Shown here: positions 8,000 through 17,776 of the stretch, piece after piece
How positions within the stretch are numbered: position 1 is the stretch's first letter
How the letters are laid out: the number at the start of each line of letters is the position of its first letter
Source: a bacterium
GTDB lineage: Bacteria; Arandabacterota; Arandabacteria; Arandabacterales; JALGWA01
DNA: 27,150 bases
Direction: 5' to 3'
NCBI GenBank assembly: GCA_050125095.1
Contig: JASFEA010000024.1
Location: forward strand, 1 to 27,150
Program-made: the position numbers and the translations under genes
The notes under the pieces: generated by a model
Database searches by the model: none
Told to the model about the DNA's origin: nothing
What the model saw: only the letters and a program-made list of their open reading frames with translations

Positions 8000-8899
8000 A
8001 TGGTCTCTCCGGAATCACTCGAGTACTTCGAATACAGCCTCGAAAATTGCCTGCTCTGTCCCAGGAAGTGCGGCGTCAACCGCGTCAAAGGCGAGCGCGG
8101 ATACTGCGGAGCGGGACCCGAAGTGATGGTATCGAGTATAACGGTTCACACCGGCGAGGAGCCACCTATATCGGGAACCGCCGGCTCGGGCACGGTCTTC
8201 CTGACGGGCTGCAACATGCGCTGCGTGTACTGCCAGAACTACCCCATAAGTCAGATGGGCCACGGCAATACCATTGGCGGAGACGACCTTGCTTCAGCCA
8301 TGCTGAAGCTCCAGTCGCGGGGCGCGCACAACATCAATCTCGTGACTCCCGTCCAGCATATCGCCGGCGTCGTCAGGGCTATAGAGATCGCCAGGCGGCG
8401 CGGTCTGAAGCTGCCGCTGGTCTACAACACAAGCGGATACGAGTGCCCCGAGACCATAAGCATGCTGGAGGGCGTCGTGGACGTCTACCTCGCCGATATG
8501 CGTTACTCCGACCCCGTGATGGCCGGCCGCTACTCGGACGCTCCCGACTATGTTCATCATAACAGAATCGCAGTCAGGCGGATGTTCGAATCCGCCGGCT
8601 TACTGGAGGTGGATGGCGGCATCGCAAAGCGCGGCCTCATAATACGCCACCTCATCCTCCCCGGCGGCATTGCGGGCACCGGGCGTACCTTCGAGTTCCT
8701 GTCCCGCGAGGTCTCGCCGCTGGTTCACGTGAGCCTCATGTGCCAGTACTTCCCGGCGGGCAGGGCCCTGGACATTCCCGAGGTTTCGCGCCGCATCACC
8801 CCGGCCGAGTACCGCGAAGCCGTCCTGCTCCTGGAGCGCTACGGCCTTGAGAACGGCTGGGTCCAGGACATGCAAGGCGAAACCGGCCCCGTGGCCTGA
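8000..8899 (+). CDS. Radical SAM protein, PflX-like
   Basis: 'CLLCPRKC..R..G..GYC', 'HTGEEPPISG..GSGTVF..GCNMRCVYCQN', 'GAHNINLVTP', 'GLIIRHLILPG'. Confidence 0.88.
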   Translation: MVSPESLEYFEYSLENCLLCPRKCGVNRVKGERGYCGAGPEVMVSSITVHTGEEPPISGTAGSGTVFLTGCNMRCVYCQNYPISQMGHGNTIGGDDLASAMLKLQSRGAHNINLVTPVQHIAGVVRAIEIARRRGLKLPLVYNTSGYECPETISMLEGVVDVYLADMRYSDPVMAGRYSDAPDYVHHNRIAVRRMFESAGLLEVDGGIAKRGLIIRHLILPGGIAGTGRTFEFLSREVSPLVHVSLMCQYFPAGRALDIPEVSRRITPAEYREAVLLLERYGLENGWVQDMQGETGPVA

Positions 8900-8948
8900 G
8901 GGCCGGACTGATATTGACCCGGGTCTCCTTCCCGACACCGCGAGCGGC

Positions 8949-8977
8949 CTAAAGGCGGCCATGAATCAGGCCGATAC
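8949..8977 (+). promoter_or_regulatory. Putative sigma28 (FliA/SigD-type) promoter
   Basis: CTAAAG at 8949-8954 (TAAA 8950-8953), 16 nt, GCCGATAC at 8970-8977, versus consensus TAAA-N15/16-GCCGATA(A/T); 44 nt upstream of ATG 9022. Confidence 0.55.
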
Positions 8978-9021
8978 AAAGGTGAAGAGAAGCTAAGTAG
9001 TTGAAAACTAAGGGGAAGTGC

Positions 9022-9780
9022 ATGCCTGAGATGAATCTCGGGGGTGTGCTGTGCGGCAAAGGGGATAGTGCCGCCGATTCGGCGTCTGACCCCGTGCCCA
9101 CTTGCATCCACTCCGATGACCTGTTCGACGAGGTTGCCGGGAGACCCTATGTGGGTCTTCTTCACCGCCTGTCCGGGCTCGGGCTCTCCCAGGGGCCGCC
9201 CGACGAGACCGTAAAACGCATGCTGGGAGCACTTGCCCGCGGCCTCAGGGCCAATCTCGCCTGCATCGTGAGGCAGAATGACGGCGATCTCGTGTTGACA
9301 CGCCACTCGACCAGAAGCGCGCATTCGCTCGGGGGAGACACCCTATCGGCCGCGGAGGACCCCGTCCTCCGGGCGTTCATAGAGAACGGATGCCCCGCAG
9401 TATGTGAGGCCGTCCGGGAGTCATGCGGCGAGACGGGTTTCTTCAGAAGGGGCCTTTCCATCTCGGCATTTGCCCTGTTCCCGGTGAACGACCCGGAATG
9501 CGAACGCCGCGGACTGCTTATCACCTGGAAGGAGGCCGCGCCGAATCTCGGGTCCGAACACCTGGTCGCCCTGGGCTCGATGGCGAATCTAGTCGGCGCG
9601 GTTCTCAAGATGAGCAGGCTGACGGATGACCTCGAGTTCGAGCGCGATTCGCGCCGGAGATACACCAGGCTCATCGCGGGAAGAGAAGTGAGGATGGCCG
9701 AGCTCAAGAGCGAGAACGCCAAGTTGAAAGAACTGGTAATGGAACTCAGCCACAAGATAGGCGACCTGGAGCGAGCATGA
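9022..9780 (+). CDS. GAF-like domain protein with C-terminal coiled coil (no recognisable output domain)
   Basis: GAF-like pattern 'GLSISAFALFPV..RRGLL..L..LGSMANLVGAVL' followed by the heptad-rich 'GREVRMAELKSENAKLKEL'. ATG 9022 follows a purine-rich RBS (AGGGGAAG); the ORF track starts at TTG 9001. Confidence 0.6.
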   Translation: MPEMNLGGVLCGKGDSAADSASDPVPTCIHSDDLFDEVAGRPYVGLLHRLSGLGLSQGPPDETVKRMLGALARGLRANLACIVRQNDGDLVLTRHSTRSAHSLGGDTLSAAEDPVLRAFIENGCPAVCEAVRESCGETGFFRRGLSISAFALFPVNDPECERRGLLITWKEAAPNLGSEHLVALGSMANLVGAVLKMSRLTDDLEFERDSRRRYTRLIAGREVRMAELKSENAKLKELVMELSHKIGDLERA

Positions 9781-12017
9781 GCGACTTCTTTCACGACCGG
9801 AAAACGACGCTCCTGACCAGGCTCCTATACGAGCTTCCGGGCCTGGAAGCCGCGTCCAAGGAGGCCGTGGCAGAGTCGGTTTCGCGCTTTCTGGAGGAAG
9901 CCGTCAAATCCCTCGACATACAGGGGGCAGCCATAATTATCCGCGACGAGCGCCCGGCCGAGACGCTGGCGAAAGTCGGAATCAGGGACGAAGTCCTGAG
10001 CGGAATCATGGAGTGCATAGAGGGCATAAGGGCGGGCGGCGATGCCTCCCCGGCGGGGGCGCTGCAGCCGACCGCAAGGCAGACCTCCACTCATGTTGTT
10101 CTCAAACACCGCGACCAGACGATTATTGCTTTCCCGTTCCACTCCGCCAACGCCAGGACAATGTGGAGTGTGTTTATCCCCACCGACGAGCTGCCCGAGG
10201 ACGTGCGGCAGACGCTCTTTGTCATAAGCAGGCACATTCACCGTTCAATCGACATGGCGCTTTTCATGAACGACGTTCAGAAACCCCTGGAGGACCTGGA
10301 CAAGCGCACGCAGGAACTCAAGGAGATGGAGGTCTCATCCCTCAACATGATGGAAGATCTCCAGAGGAAGAACCGCGAGCTCCATATGCTCAACCAGATC
10401 ATATACGAGATATCCAAGTACACGGATCTGGCCACCCTCACTTCAAGAGCTGTCGAGGCGGCCTCGAGCATTTGCGACGGCGCGGGTTCATATGTCTACG
10501 TCTTCAACGAGGACGCGGGAGTTTTTGTGCCCTACATAACGGCCGCGGGCGCCGATATCGTCGACCGCGAGAGCGTGGGAATAAGGTCTTCCAGCAGGCT
10601 GATGCAGAGGATGCTGGCGTCGGACGAAATACCCTTCAATCCGAAGGACCCCGACTTCGACCTCCCTATCATAGAGGCACTGAAGTGCAAATCATTCATA
10701 GGCATACCGCTCAAGTCGAAGGAGAGGGTCCTGGGCTTCCTCTTCGTGTACGAGACCAGGTGGCACAGGATATTCACGTCGGACGAGAAGGCCAATCTTA
10801 AAGCGCTGGCCAGCACACTCGCGGTAGCCATGGAAAACGCAGGCCTCATCTCCAAGATCACCGAGCAGATGGAAGAGCTCAGCGTTCTCAAGGAGTACGT
10901 CGAGGCGGTGGTGGAAAGCGTCGACCTGGGCATACTGGTTGTGGACAAGAGTCTCAACATCACCATGTTCAACAAGGGTTTCGAGAAGCTCTACGGCTAT
11001 AAGAAGGAGGAGTTCCTGGGCAGGAAGCTCTTCGACGCGTTCTCGCACCTCAAGGCGCAGGGCTTCGACAAGATCGCGGCGCAGGTTCTCGGCGGCACGC
11101 CGTTCATACGCCACAACTGGCGGCGGAGCATACTGGACGGCCGCGAACGTGTCCAGAACATAAGGGTCTTCCCCCACCGCGATGCGCGCGGGACCATAAT
11201 CGGGGGCGTCATCATAATCGAGGATATCACCGAGAAGGCCAATCTCGAAAACCAGCTGGCCCAGTCGGAGGCGAAGTTCAAGAACCTTGTGGAAGACCTC
11301 GCCGACGGTTATTTCATAGCCATCAATGGCAAGGTGGCCTACGGCAACAAGGCCGCCATAGAGATGACCGGCCTGGGCGGCACCGACCTCATAGGCATCG
11401 AAGCCGTCACGCTATTCGATCCGGACTTCCTCTTCCCGAGCCCCGGCGAAGAACTGCCGCAGACAATAAGAAGCGAGACAAAGCTCGTGCATTCCACGGG
11501 CACCTGGATACCCGTGGAGGTGACGGTCAACGCCTGCAACTATGAGGGCTCCGACGCTCTCTCAGTGGTCGTCAGGGACATCACCGAGCGCAAGAAGTTC
11601 GACAATGAGCTGCAGCAGAAGAACCGGGAAATGGGAGCGAGAGCCGAACAGATCACGCGCCTCAATCTGGAGCTCGAGTCAACGGTGCAGCGGCTGAAGG
11701 AGTCGCAGGAGAACCTGATCGAGTCCGAGAGGCTGGCCGCCATGACCGAGACCGCCGTGGCCGCGAACCACGAGATCAACAACCCGCTGTTCTCCATTCT
11801 CGGCCAGTCCCAGCTCCTTATCAGAAAATACGGGACGGGCGATGAGGAGACATTTGAGAGGCTGAAGGCCATAGAGGAAGCGGCGCTCAGGATCGCCTGC
11901 GTCACCAAGAAGCTCGCCAATCTCGTCGACCCGGTCATAAAGGAATATCCCGGCACCAAGAACTCGATGATCGATCTCGAGAGCTCGGTGACCAAGCCCA
12001 CGGACACCGACAACTAG
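9777..12017 (+). CDS. GAF-PAS-PAS sensor with HisKA (DHp) domain but no HATPase_c domain
   Basis: GAF ('[24 protein letters not shown]'), two PAS domains ending 'EDITE' and 'RDITERK', H-box 'NHEINNPL'; stops about 80 aa after the His. ATGA overlap with the upstream gene. Confidence 0.85.
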   Translation: MSDFFHDRKTTLLTRLLYELPGLEAASKEAVAESVSRFLEEAVKSLDIQGAAIIIRDERPAETLAKVGIRDEVLSGIMECIEGIRAGGDASPAGALQPTARQTSTHVVLKHRDQTIIAFPFHSANARTMWSVFIPTDELPEDVRQTLFVISRHIHRSIDMALFMNDVQKPLEDLDKRTQELKEMEVSSLNMMEDLQRKNRELHMLNQIIYEISKYTDLATLTSRAVEAASSICDGAGSYVYVFNEDAGVFVPYITAAGADIVDRESVGIRSSSRLMQRMLASDEIPFNPKDPDFDLPIIEALKCKSFIGIPLKSKERVLGFLFVYETRWHRIFTSDEKANLKALASTLAVAMENAGLISKITEQMEELSVLKEYVEAVVESVDLGILVVDKSLNITMFNKGFEKLYGYKKEEFLGRKLFDAFSHLKAQGFDKIAAQVLGGTPFIRHNWRRSILDGRERVQNIRVFPHRDARGTIIGGVIIIEDITEKANLENQLAQSEAKFKNLVEDLADGYFIAINGKVAYGNKAAIEMTGLGGTDLIGIEAVTLFDPDFLFPSPGEELPQTIRSETKLVHSTGTWIPVEVTVNACNYEGSDALSVVVRDITERKKFDNELQQKNREMGARAEQITRLNLELESTVQRLKESQENLIESERLAAMTETAVAANHEINNPLFSILGQSQLLIRKYGTGDEETFERLKAIEEAALRIACVTKKLANLVDPVIKEYPGTKNSMIDLESSVTKPTDTDN

Positions 12018-14020
12018 CCTCCGAACACCCCCCTGAAGTAATCCATATGAAGCGTCGCGAGCACGGCCCCGAAAACCAGCGATACCACGCCCATCAGCTT
12101 TATGAGGATATTCATAGACGGGCCCGAGGTGTCCTTGAAGGGATCTCCCACCGTGTCGCCGACCACGGCCGCCTTGTGGGCGTCGGAGCCCTTGCCGCCC
12201 AGATTGCCTTCCTCTATCCACTTCTTGGCATTGTCCCAGGCGCCACCGCCGTTGGCCATCATGATGGCTAGGAGAACGCCGGTGACAGTTGCGCCCGCCA
12301 GCAGCCCGCCCAGGGCCTCGGGGCCCAGCACTATGCCCACGATAATAGGCGATATCACCGCGAGCACGCCGGGGACGATCATTTCCCTTAAGGCGCCGCG
12401 GGTAGCTATGTCAACGCATCTCTTGGGGTCGGGCTTGGCAGTGCCTTCCATGAGCCCGTTGATTTCCTTAAACTGCCGTCTCACTTCCTCGACCATGCTG
12501 AAGGCCGCCCTGCCCACGGCGCGCATCGTCAAGGCCGCGAATATGAAAGGAAGCAGGCCGCCGAGGAAGAGCCCTATCACGGTCGCCGGCCGCTTGATGT
12601 CAATTGACTCCAGGCCCACCTTCTGCGAGTAGGCCGTGAAGAGGGCGAGCGCCGTGAGCGCCGCCGAGCCGATGGCGAATCCCTTCCCCATCGCGGCCGT
12701 GGTATTGCCGAGCGAGTCGAGCTTGTCGGTGATCTTGCGGATGTCCGGACCCAGGCCGCTCATCTCGGTTATGCCGCCCGCATTGTCGGCGATGGGTCCG
12801 TAAGCGTCCACCGACATGGTCATGCCGATGGTGGCGAGCATGCCCACCGCCGCCATGCCGATGCCGTAAACGCCGGCGAAGAAGTAGGCGAAGTAAATCG
12901 CGAGCACAATCGCCAGTACGGGAAGCGCGGTGCTCAGCATGCCTATCGAGAGCCCCGAGATGATATTGGTTGCGACTCCTGTCTTGCTTGACTCCGCTAT
13001 CACCCTGATCGGCGGGCCCGAAGTGTAATACTCCGAGAAAGCGCCGATGGCGACGCCCGCGATGATGCCGCAGAAGACCGCCCAGGCGTAGCCCGTCTCG
13101 ATGCCGAGCCTGCCGGTGGCGATGAAAGTCACTATGATAAGAAGCACGACCGCCACATATGCCGAGAGGCGGAGCACTTTCTGCGGGTCGTAAGACTGAA
13201 ACGCTCTTACCGCGAAGGTGCCGATGAAAGACGCGATGGTCCCGAGGGCCACGATGAGGATGGGAAATATCATGAGCCTGGTCTTGGTGACCTCGTCCAG
13301 GGCTAGAGTCGCGGCGATCGCGATGCTCGCCACGACAGAGCCCACATACGACTCGAAGAGGTCAGCTCCCATGCCCGCTGTATCGCCCACGTTATCGCCC
13401 ACGTTATCGGCGATTACCGCCGGGTTCCTCGGGTCGTCCTCCGGTATGCCGGCTTCGACCTTGCCCACGAGATCCGCGCCCACGTCAGCCGACTTGGTGT
13501 ATATGCCGCCCCCGACTCTCGCGAACAGCGCGATGCTGCTCGCGCCCATGGCGAATCCACTCAGGACCTGAGGGTCATGGCCCGACAGCAGGTAGAATAC
13601 GGAGACGCCCAGCACTCCCAGGCTCGCCACGGACATGCCCATTACCGCCCCGCCGGTGAAAGCGACAATCAGGGCCTTGCTCTGGCCTTCGGTCGCGGCC
13701 TGGGAAGTCCGGACGTTTGCCTTTGTGGCGGCCTTGAGCCCGAAGAAACCCGCAAGCATCGAGGAGAAGGCGCCCGCGAGGAAGGCGATGCCGGTCCTGT
13801 ACCCTATGGCCAGGGACAGCACGACAAACAGCACGGCGACGAATACGCCCAGGCTGGCGTACTCCCTCTTAAGGAAGGCCATGGCCCCGTCGTGGATCAT
13901 TCCCGCGATCTCCTGCATGAGATCGCTTCCGGCCGGCTTCCTCTTTATCCAGACGTACAGAATAGCCGCGTAGATGATCCCTATGATTCCAACGATTATA
14001 CCCAGTTGGGCAACGTTCAT
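12014..14020 (-). CDS. hppA: Membrane-bound K+-dependent pyrophosphatase, probably Na+-translocating
   Basis: '[20 protein letters not shown]', 'DNVGDNVGD', 'GGAWDNAKK', '[14 protein letters not shown]'; GNTTAA marks the K+-dependent type; 'DLFESY' carries the Glu typical of the Na+-type; RBS GGAGG. Confidence 0.96.
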   Translation of the reverse strand: MNVAQLGIIVGIIGIIYAAILYVWIKRKPAGSDLMQEIAGMIHDGAMAFLKREYASLGVFVAVLFVVLSLAIGYRTGIAFLAGAFSSMLAGFFGLKAATKANVRTSQAATEGQSKALIVAFTGGAVMGMSVASLGVLGVSVFYLLSGHDPQVLSGFAMGASSIALFARVGGGIYTKSADVGADLVGKVEAGIPEDDPRNPAVIADNVGDNVGDTAGMGADLFESYVGSVVASIAIAATLALDEVTKTRLMIFPILIVALGTIASFIGTFAVRAFQSYDPQKVLRLSAYVAVVLLIIVTFIATGRLGIETGYAWAVFCGIIAGVAIGAFSEYYTSGPPIRVIAESSKTGVATNIISGLSIGMLSTALPVLAIVLAIYFAYFFAGVYGIGMAAVGMLATIGMTMSVDAYGPIADNAGGITEMSGLGPDIRKITDKLDSLGNTTAAMGKGFAIGSAALTALALFTAYSQKVGLESIDIKRPATVIGLFLGGLLPFIFAALTMRAVGRAAFSMVEEVRRQFKEINGLMEGTAKPDPKRCVDIATRGALREMIVPGVLAVISPIIVGIVLGPEALGGLLAGATVTGVLLAIMMANGGGAWDNAKKWIEEGNLGGKGSDAHKAAVVGDTVGDPFKDTSGPSMNILIKLMGVVSLVFGAVLATLHMDYFRGVFGG

Positions 14021-14078
14021 CGCGATCCTCCGTAGTTATGCCTTGCCTGAGTCTAAAAAACCTGATCCAGAGCATATG

Positions 14079-14107
14079 AAGCTATCGGGAAAGGTAATAG
14101 AGGTCAA
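14079..14107 (-). promoter_or_regulatory. Putative sigma70 promoter of hppA
   Basis: Minus strand TTGACC (14107-14102), 17 nt, TAGCTT (14084-14079). Confidence 0.4.
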
Positions 14108-14112
14108 GCAGA

Positions 14113-16389
14113 TTAATCGTCGGCGCCCGTAACCCATCCCCGCCGGATGGGAAGCCGTTTGACCCTCTTGCCGAGGGCGCTGGAAACGGCATTGGCGATG
14201 GCGGCCGCGGCCGGTATGGTGGCCGGCTCGCCCAGCCCCTTCACGCCGAACGGCCCGTCCGAGGATATGCATTCTATGAAGTCCACGCCGATCCTGTCGC
14301 AAACGTCGAGTGAAGTCGGAAGCAGATAAGTGGAGAACTCGCTGGAAGTGATATAGCCGCCGGAGTGGCTGTAGTTCTCAGTCAGGGCGAATCCCAGTCC
14401 CTGCGCCACGCCTCCTTCCACCTGAGCCGCAGCGAGGGTGCGGTTCACGATCCGGCCGCTGTCATGCGCTGCGTGGAATCCGACGACGTCGACACTCCCC
14501 GTTCCGGTGTCCACCGTGACCTCGGCCACCTGCGTGGCGAATGAGTAAACATGATACGCTTTCCCCTGCCCCGTGTCCGGATCGACGAAGCACTCCGGGA
14601 CCGCGTACCAGCCCGTATCGGCAAGGTCAACCCGCCTCGAGAGGCACTCGGCGAGAACCTGGTCGAAGGTGACAGAATCGCCCGATGCTTCCCTCCTGAA
14701 AACGCCCTCCGAAGGGACGAACTCCGAGCCGCCGCCCAGCATTGCGCTTGCGGCGCCGACCATCCTCTCCAGGATCTTCCCGCAGGCGTCCACAACCGCG
14801 TTGCCGCTTACTATCGTCGTCCTCGAGGCCACCGTCGGGCCCGAGTCCGGCACAATGTGGGTGTCCACCGGATGAACCGTGACCCTCTCCGGGGAAACGC
14901 CCAGCGACTCGGCGGCGATCTGGCCCACCACGGTCAGGGCGCCCTGGCCCATCTCGGTGCAGCCGATAAACACGCTAACCGACCCGTCCCTGAGGATCTC
15001 CACCTTCGCCCCGCCCCTGTCAATTGCCCGGCCGATGGCGCCCAGGCTCACTCCGTAGTGCATGCTGGCGACGCCGATGCCCCGCAACCGGCCGTCCCCG
15101 TCTTCGGCGGCCTCCGGCCGCCCCCTCCGGCCACCGCTGCCGCCCGCTGCGATGAAATCGGCAGCCGACTTCAAAGTCTCCTCCAGCCCGACGCTTTCCT
15201 CAAGCACCTGGCCCGTCGCCGTCACAGAGCCGACTTTCAGGGCGTTCTTCATCCGGAACTCAACGGGGTCCAGACCCAGGGCCTTCGCGGCCTCATCCAT
15301 CATGGCCTCACATGCGAAACAGACCTGCGGCTGCCCGAATCCCCGCATGGCCCCGCTGGGCGGAGAGTTGGTGTAGTAACCCCGCGTCCTCACGCGCACA
15401 TTCGGGATCTCATACGGACCCGCCGCGTGCACGGTGGCGCGATAGAGCACTATGGGAGACAGCGTCGTGTAAGCGCCCACGCCCGCCGCTATTTCCGCGT
15501 CTGTGAACATGATCCTGCCGTCGCGCGAGCACCCCATGCGATAGCTCATGCGCATGGGATGGCGTTTGGATGAATAAATCAGGTCCTCTTCCCGCGAGAG
15601 AACGAGCCGCACCGGCCGGCCCGATTTCACCGCCAGCACAGCGGCGCGCGCACCTATCTCGGAGGGCACGTCTTCCTTGCCCCCGAATCCCCCGCCCAGC
15701 GGGAGCTGTATGACGCGCACCCTGGCAAGCTCGAGCCCGAGACAGCGGGCAACGGCCTCTCTCACGTAGAAGGGGCACTGGCCCGTGATGAATATCTCCA
15801 TTGAACCGTCGGAGCCGGGCACTGCCAGCGCTCCCTGAGTCTCCAGATAGGCGTGTTCCTGTACGGGCGAGTCAAAGACCTTTTCGATCACGACGTCGCT
15901 GGTCCGCTCGCCCTCGCTTATGTCTCCCTTGATGAGCAACCGGTCGACGGCTATGTTGCCCCCCTCATGGATCTCCGGCGCGTCCGGCCCGAGGACGGAT
16001 TCAAGGTCTGGAGCGGGGGCGAGGTCTTCATAATCCACCGCAACCAGCGAAGCCGAGCGCCGCGCGGTGTCGGCGTCAGAGGCGCCGACTATGGCGACGC
16101 AGTCGCCCTCATAGCGCACCCGGTCGCAGGCGAAAAGGGGCTGGTCGGCAGCGAGAAGGCCTATCTGGTTCTCCCCCGGAACGTCGGCGCCGGCAGCGAC
16201 GCATTCCACGCCGCCCGAGGAGATCGCCCGGGAAAGCGAAATCGACTTGATGACCGCGTGCGGCCGCCGGGCAAGCACCATGCACGCATGGAGCATGCCC
16301 GGGACCTGGACGTCAGGCAGGTACCTCGTTGCGCCTCTGGCCTTCGCCGGCCCGTCGGGCCTTTTTATGCCTTCTCCCAGCGTGCTCAA
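14113..16389 (-). CDS. Xanthine dehydrogenase family molybdopterin-binding subunit
   Basis: 'KARGATRY..D', 'QEHAYLET', 'GGGFGGK', 'AMRGFGQPQ', 'EMGQG', 'VASRTT', 'QVEGGVAQGLG', 'GVKGLGEP'; TTG start with RBS GGGAGG. Confidence 0.93.
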   Translation of the reverse strand: MSTLGEGIKRPDGPAKARGATRYLPDVQVPGMLHACMVLARRPHAVIKSISLSRAISSGGVECVAAGADVPGENQIGLLAADQPLFACDRVRYEGDCVAIVGASDADTARRSASLVAVDYEDLAPAPDLESVLGPDAPEIHEGGNIAVDRLLIKGDISEGERTSDVVIEKVFDSPVQEHAYLETQGALAVPGSDGSMEIFITGQCPFYVREAVARCLGLELARVRVIQLPLGGGFGGKEDVPSEIGARAAVLAVKSGRPVRLVLSREEDLIYSSKRHPMRMSYRMGCSRDGRIMFTDAEIAAGVGAYTTLSPIVLYRATVHAAGPYEIPNVRVRTRGYYTNSPPSGAMRGFGQPQVCFACEAMMDEAAKALGLDPVEFRMKNALKVGSVTATGQVLEESVGLEETLKSAADFIAAGGSGGRRGRPEAAEDGDGRLRGIGVASMHYGVSLGAIGRAIDRGGAKVEILRDGSVSVFIGCTEMGQGALTVVGQIAAESLGVSPERVTVHPVDTHIVPDSGPTVASRTTIVSGNAVVDACGKILERMVGAASAMLGGGSEFVPSEGVFRREASGDSVTFDQVLAECLSRRVDLADTGWYAVPECFVDPDTGQGKAYHVYSFATQVAEVTVDTGTGSVDVVGFHAAHDSGRIVNRTLAAAQVEGGVAQGLGFALTENYSHSGGYITSSEFSTYLLPTSLDVCDRIGVDFIECISSDGPFGVKGLGEPATIPAAAAIANAVSSALGKRVKRLPIRRGWVTGADD

Positions 16390-16460
16390 TCAACAACCTC
16401 CCTTTGACTCACCGCGCTTCCCCGAGTTTGTAACCAGTCCCGCGTTTTGTCAACACAACA

Positions 16461-16515
16461 TAAATGAAAAGCCCGCCGGCTCCCGCCAGTCGGCGCTGGC
16501 CGGCGGACTCATTTA
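16461..16515 (-). terminator. Probable intrinsic terminator after trxA
   Basis: Stem CCGCCGGC/GCCGGCGG, extendable to TAAATGA/TCATTTA, followed on the minus strand by UUUU (AAAA at 16467-16470). Confidence 0.55.
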
Positions 16516-16538
16516 GATTGTAGGAGCGGCCGTAACGG

Positions 16539-16865
16539 CTACAACTCGGACTCGATTTCCTTCTTCAGCTCTTCCTTGGGATGGGCTCCGACCAGTGTCT
16601 TGACAGCCGAACCGTTCTTAAAGAGCATGAGAGTCGGGATGGCCCTTATACCGTAAGCCTGTGCCGTCTGCTGGCTATCGTCGACGTTGACTTTGCAGAC
16701 CTTGAGCTTGCCGTCCAATTCATGTGCGATCTCGTCGACGATCGGGCCCACGATCTTACATGGTGGGCACCAGTTCGCCCAGAAGTCCACGAAGACGGGT
16801 GTCTCGGATTTGAGTACTTCGGCATCGAAGTTGGCATCGGTTACAGTATGCACTTTGTCGGACAT
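16539..16865 (-). CDS. trxA: Thioredoxin
   Basis: 108 aa, 'VDFWANWCPPCK', 'KVNVD', 'YGIRAIPTLMLFKNG'. Confidence 0.95.
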   Translation of the reverse strand: MSDKVHTVTDANFDAEVLKSETPVFVDFWANWCPPCKIVGPIVDEIAHELDGKLKVCKVNVDDSQQTAQAYGIRAIPTLMLFKNGSAVKTLVGAHPKEELKKEIESEL

Positions 16866-16898
16866 TCTAACCCCCTTGATTTACTTCCGGCTACGGGT

Positions 16899-17678
16899 TT
16901 ACCTGGGAACCTCGAACTCGGCCTTAATAGGCGCGGTGTCGTTGCGGGCCCTGTCCCTTACCTGAACCCAGAAGGTGTACTTCCCGTCGCAGGTGGCCCC
17001 GGGAATAAATACCGAGTACTGGTAGTAGGCACCTATACTGCCGTCGCCGGTGTCATAGGTCATGCCGTACTCCCACTCGAGCTCCTCGTCATCGAAACAA
17101 CCCGGCCCCACCATTCTGACCTGGAACATCAGCGACTCGGGTGGGCTCGCCGCGCGGGCTTCCGGCCATGGCAGTGGCCCAACGCCTTCGACCCCGCTCG
17201 GAGCTATGTCATGCGCGAAGACTCTGTAGTTGGCTGTGAAGTCCTGCTTCGGCACCTTGCCAGGCGGGGCCCAGAGCGAATCCAAAACAGGCGCGTTGGG
17301 ATCGAACCTCACCGTGAAGTTTCTCGTGATGACAGTCTCAGCATCCCGGGGATCCACTACCCGCACCCTGAAGTTGAAAGTCGAATCCGGCAGATCCAGG
17401 AGGTCATGAACGGTGTCGTATACCCTGAACCAGTCATCTTCACCGGCTCCCAGGGTGTCCAGCTTGACGTAGGTCGCTCCCATCCCCAGATCGTCATCCC
17501 AGTCACTCGCCTTCCACTCGAAGCTGGTGGCATTCGAGAAGATCACGGCGCTCTCAGCCGGCGCCGTCTCAAACCACACCCTCGGAGGAATATTGTCGCC
17601 GCGCTGGATCTCCTCCACGCAGCCGGCACCCACGAGTATACCTAATAGAAGCATCAGCATCAGCTTGGTGTATTTCAC
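16899..17678 (-). CDS. Lipoprotein of unknown function with two Ig/FN3-like beta-rich modules
   Basis: Lipobox 'LVGAGC' after a hydrophobic stretch; 'FEWKASDWD', 'F.FRVRVVD', 'GKYTFWVQVRDRARN'; GTG start with RBS GGAGG. Confidence 0.75.
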   Translation of the reverse strand: MKYTKLMLMLLLGILVGAGCVEEIQRGDNIPPRVWFETAPAESAVIFSNATSFEWKASDWDDDLGMGATYVKLDTLGAGEDDWFRVYDTVHDLLDLPDSTFNFRVRVVDPRDAETVITRNFTVRFDPNAPVLDSLWAPPGKVPKQDFTANYRVFAHDIAPSGVEGVGPLPWPEARAASPPESLMFQVRMVGPGCFDDEELEWEYGMTYDTGDGSIGAYYQYSVFIPGATCDGKYTFWVQVRDRARNDTAPIKAEFEVPR

Positions 17679-17710
17679 CTATAGAACCTCCCGTTATGTT
17701 TTCCAAATAA

Positions 17711-17740
17711 ACTATAACTATGTACCAGATTTGTTGTCAA
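17711..17740 (-). promoter_or_regulatory. Putative sigma70 promoter of the lipoprotein (and possibly trxA)
   Basis: Minus strand TTGACA (17740-17735), 18 nt, TATAGT (17716-17711) in an AT-rich intergenic stretch. Confidence 0.55.
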
Positions 17741-17776
17741 CACCTATAGTCTCGGGCCGTGTTCAGTCCGGCCGCA

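Noticed and set aside
8914-8942. TTGACC as a sigma70 -35 for the sensor operon
   Set aside because: No plausible -10 at 16-18 nt spacing (ACCGCG at 17 nt).
12014-12017. Convergent stops sharing the CTAG palindrome (sensor and hppA)
   Set aside because: Common compact tail-to-tail arrangement; used only as evidence that no HATPase domain can follow.
13378-13412. 12-bp tandem repeat (TATCGCCCACGT) inside hppA
   Set aside because: It encodes the conserved DNVGDNVGD catalytic motif, so it is not an independent repeat.
16425-16453. Sigma70 promoter for the Mo-subunit gene (minus-strand TTGACA at 16453-16448)
   Set aside because: The -35 is perfect but the -10 is poor at canonical spacing (CAAACT at 17 nt, TACAAA at 15 nt); too weak to call.
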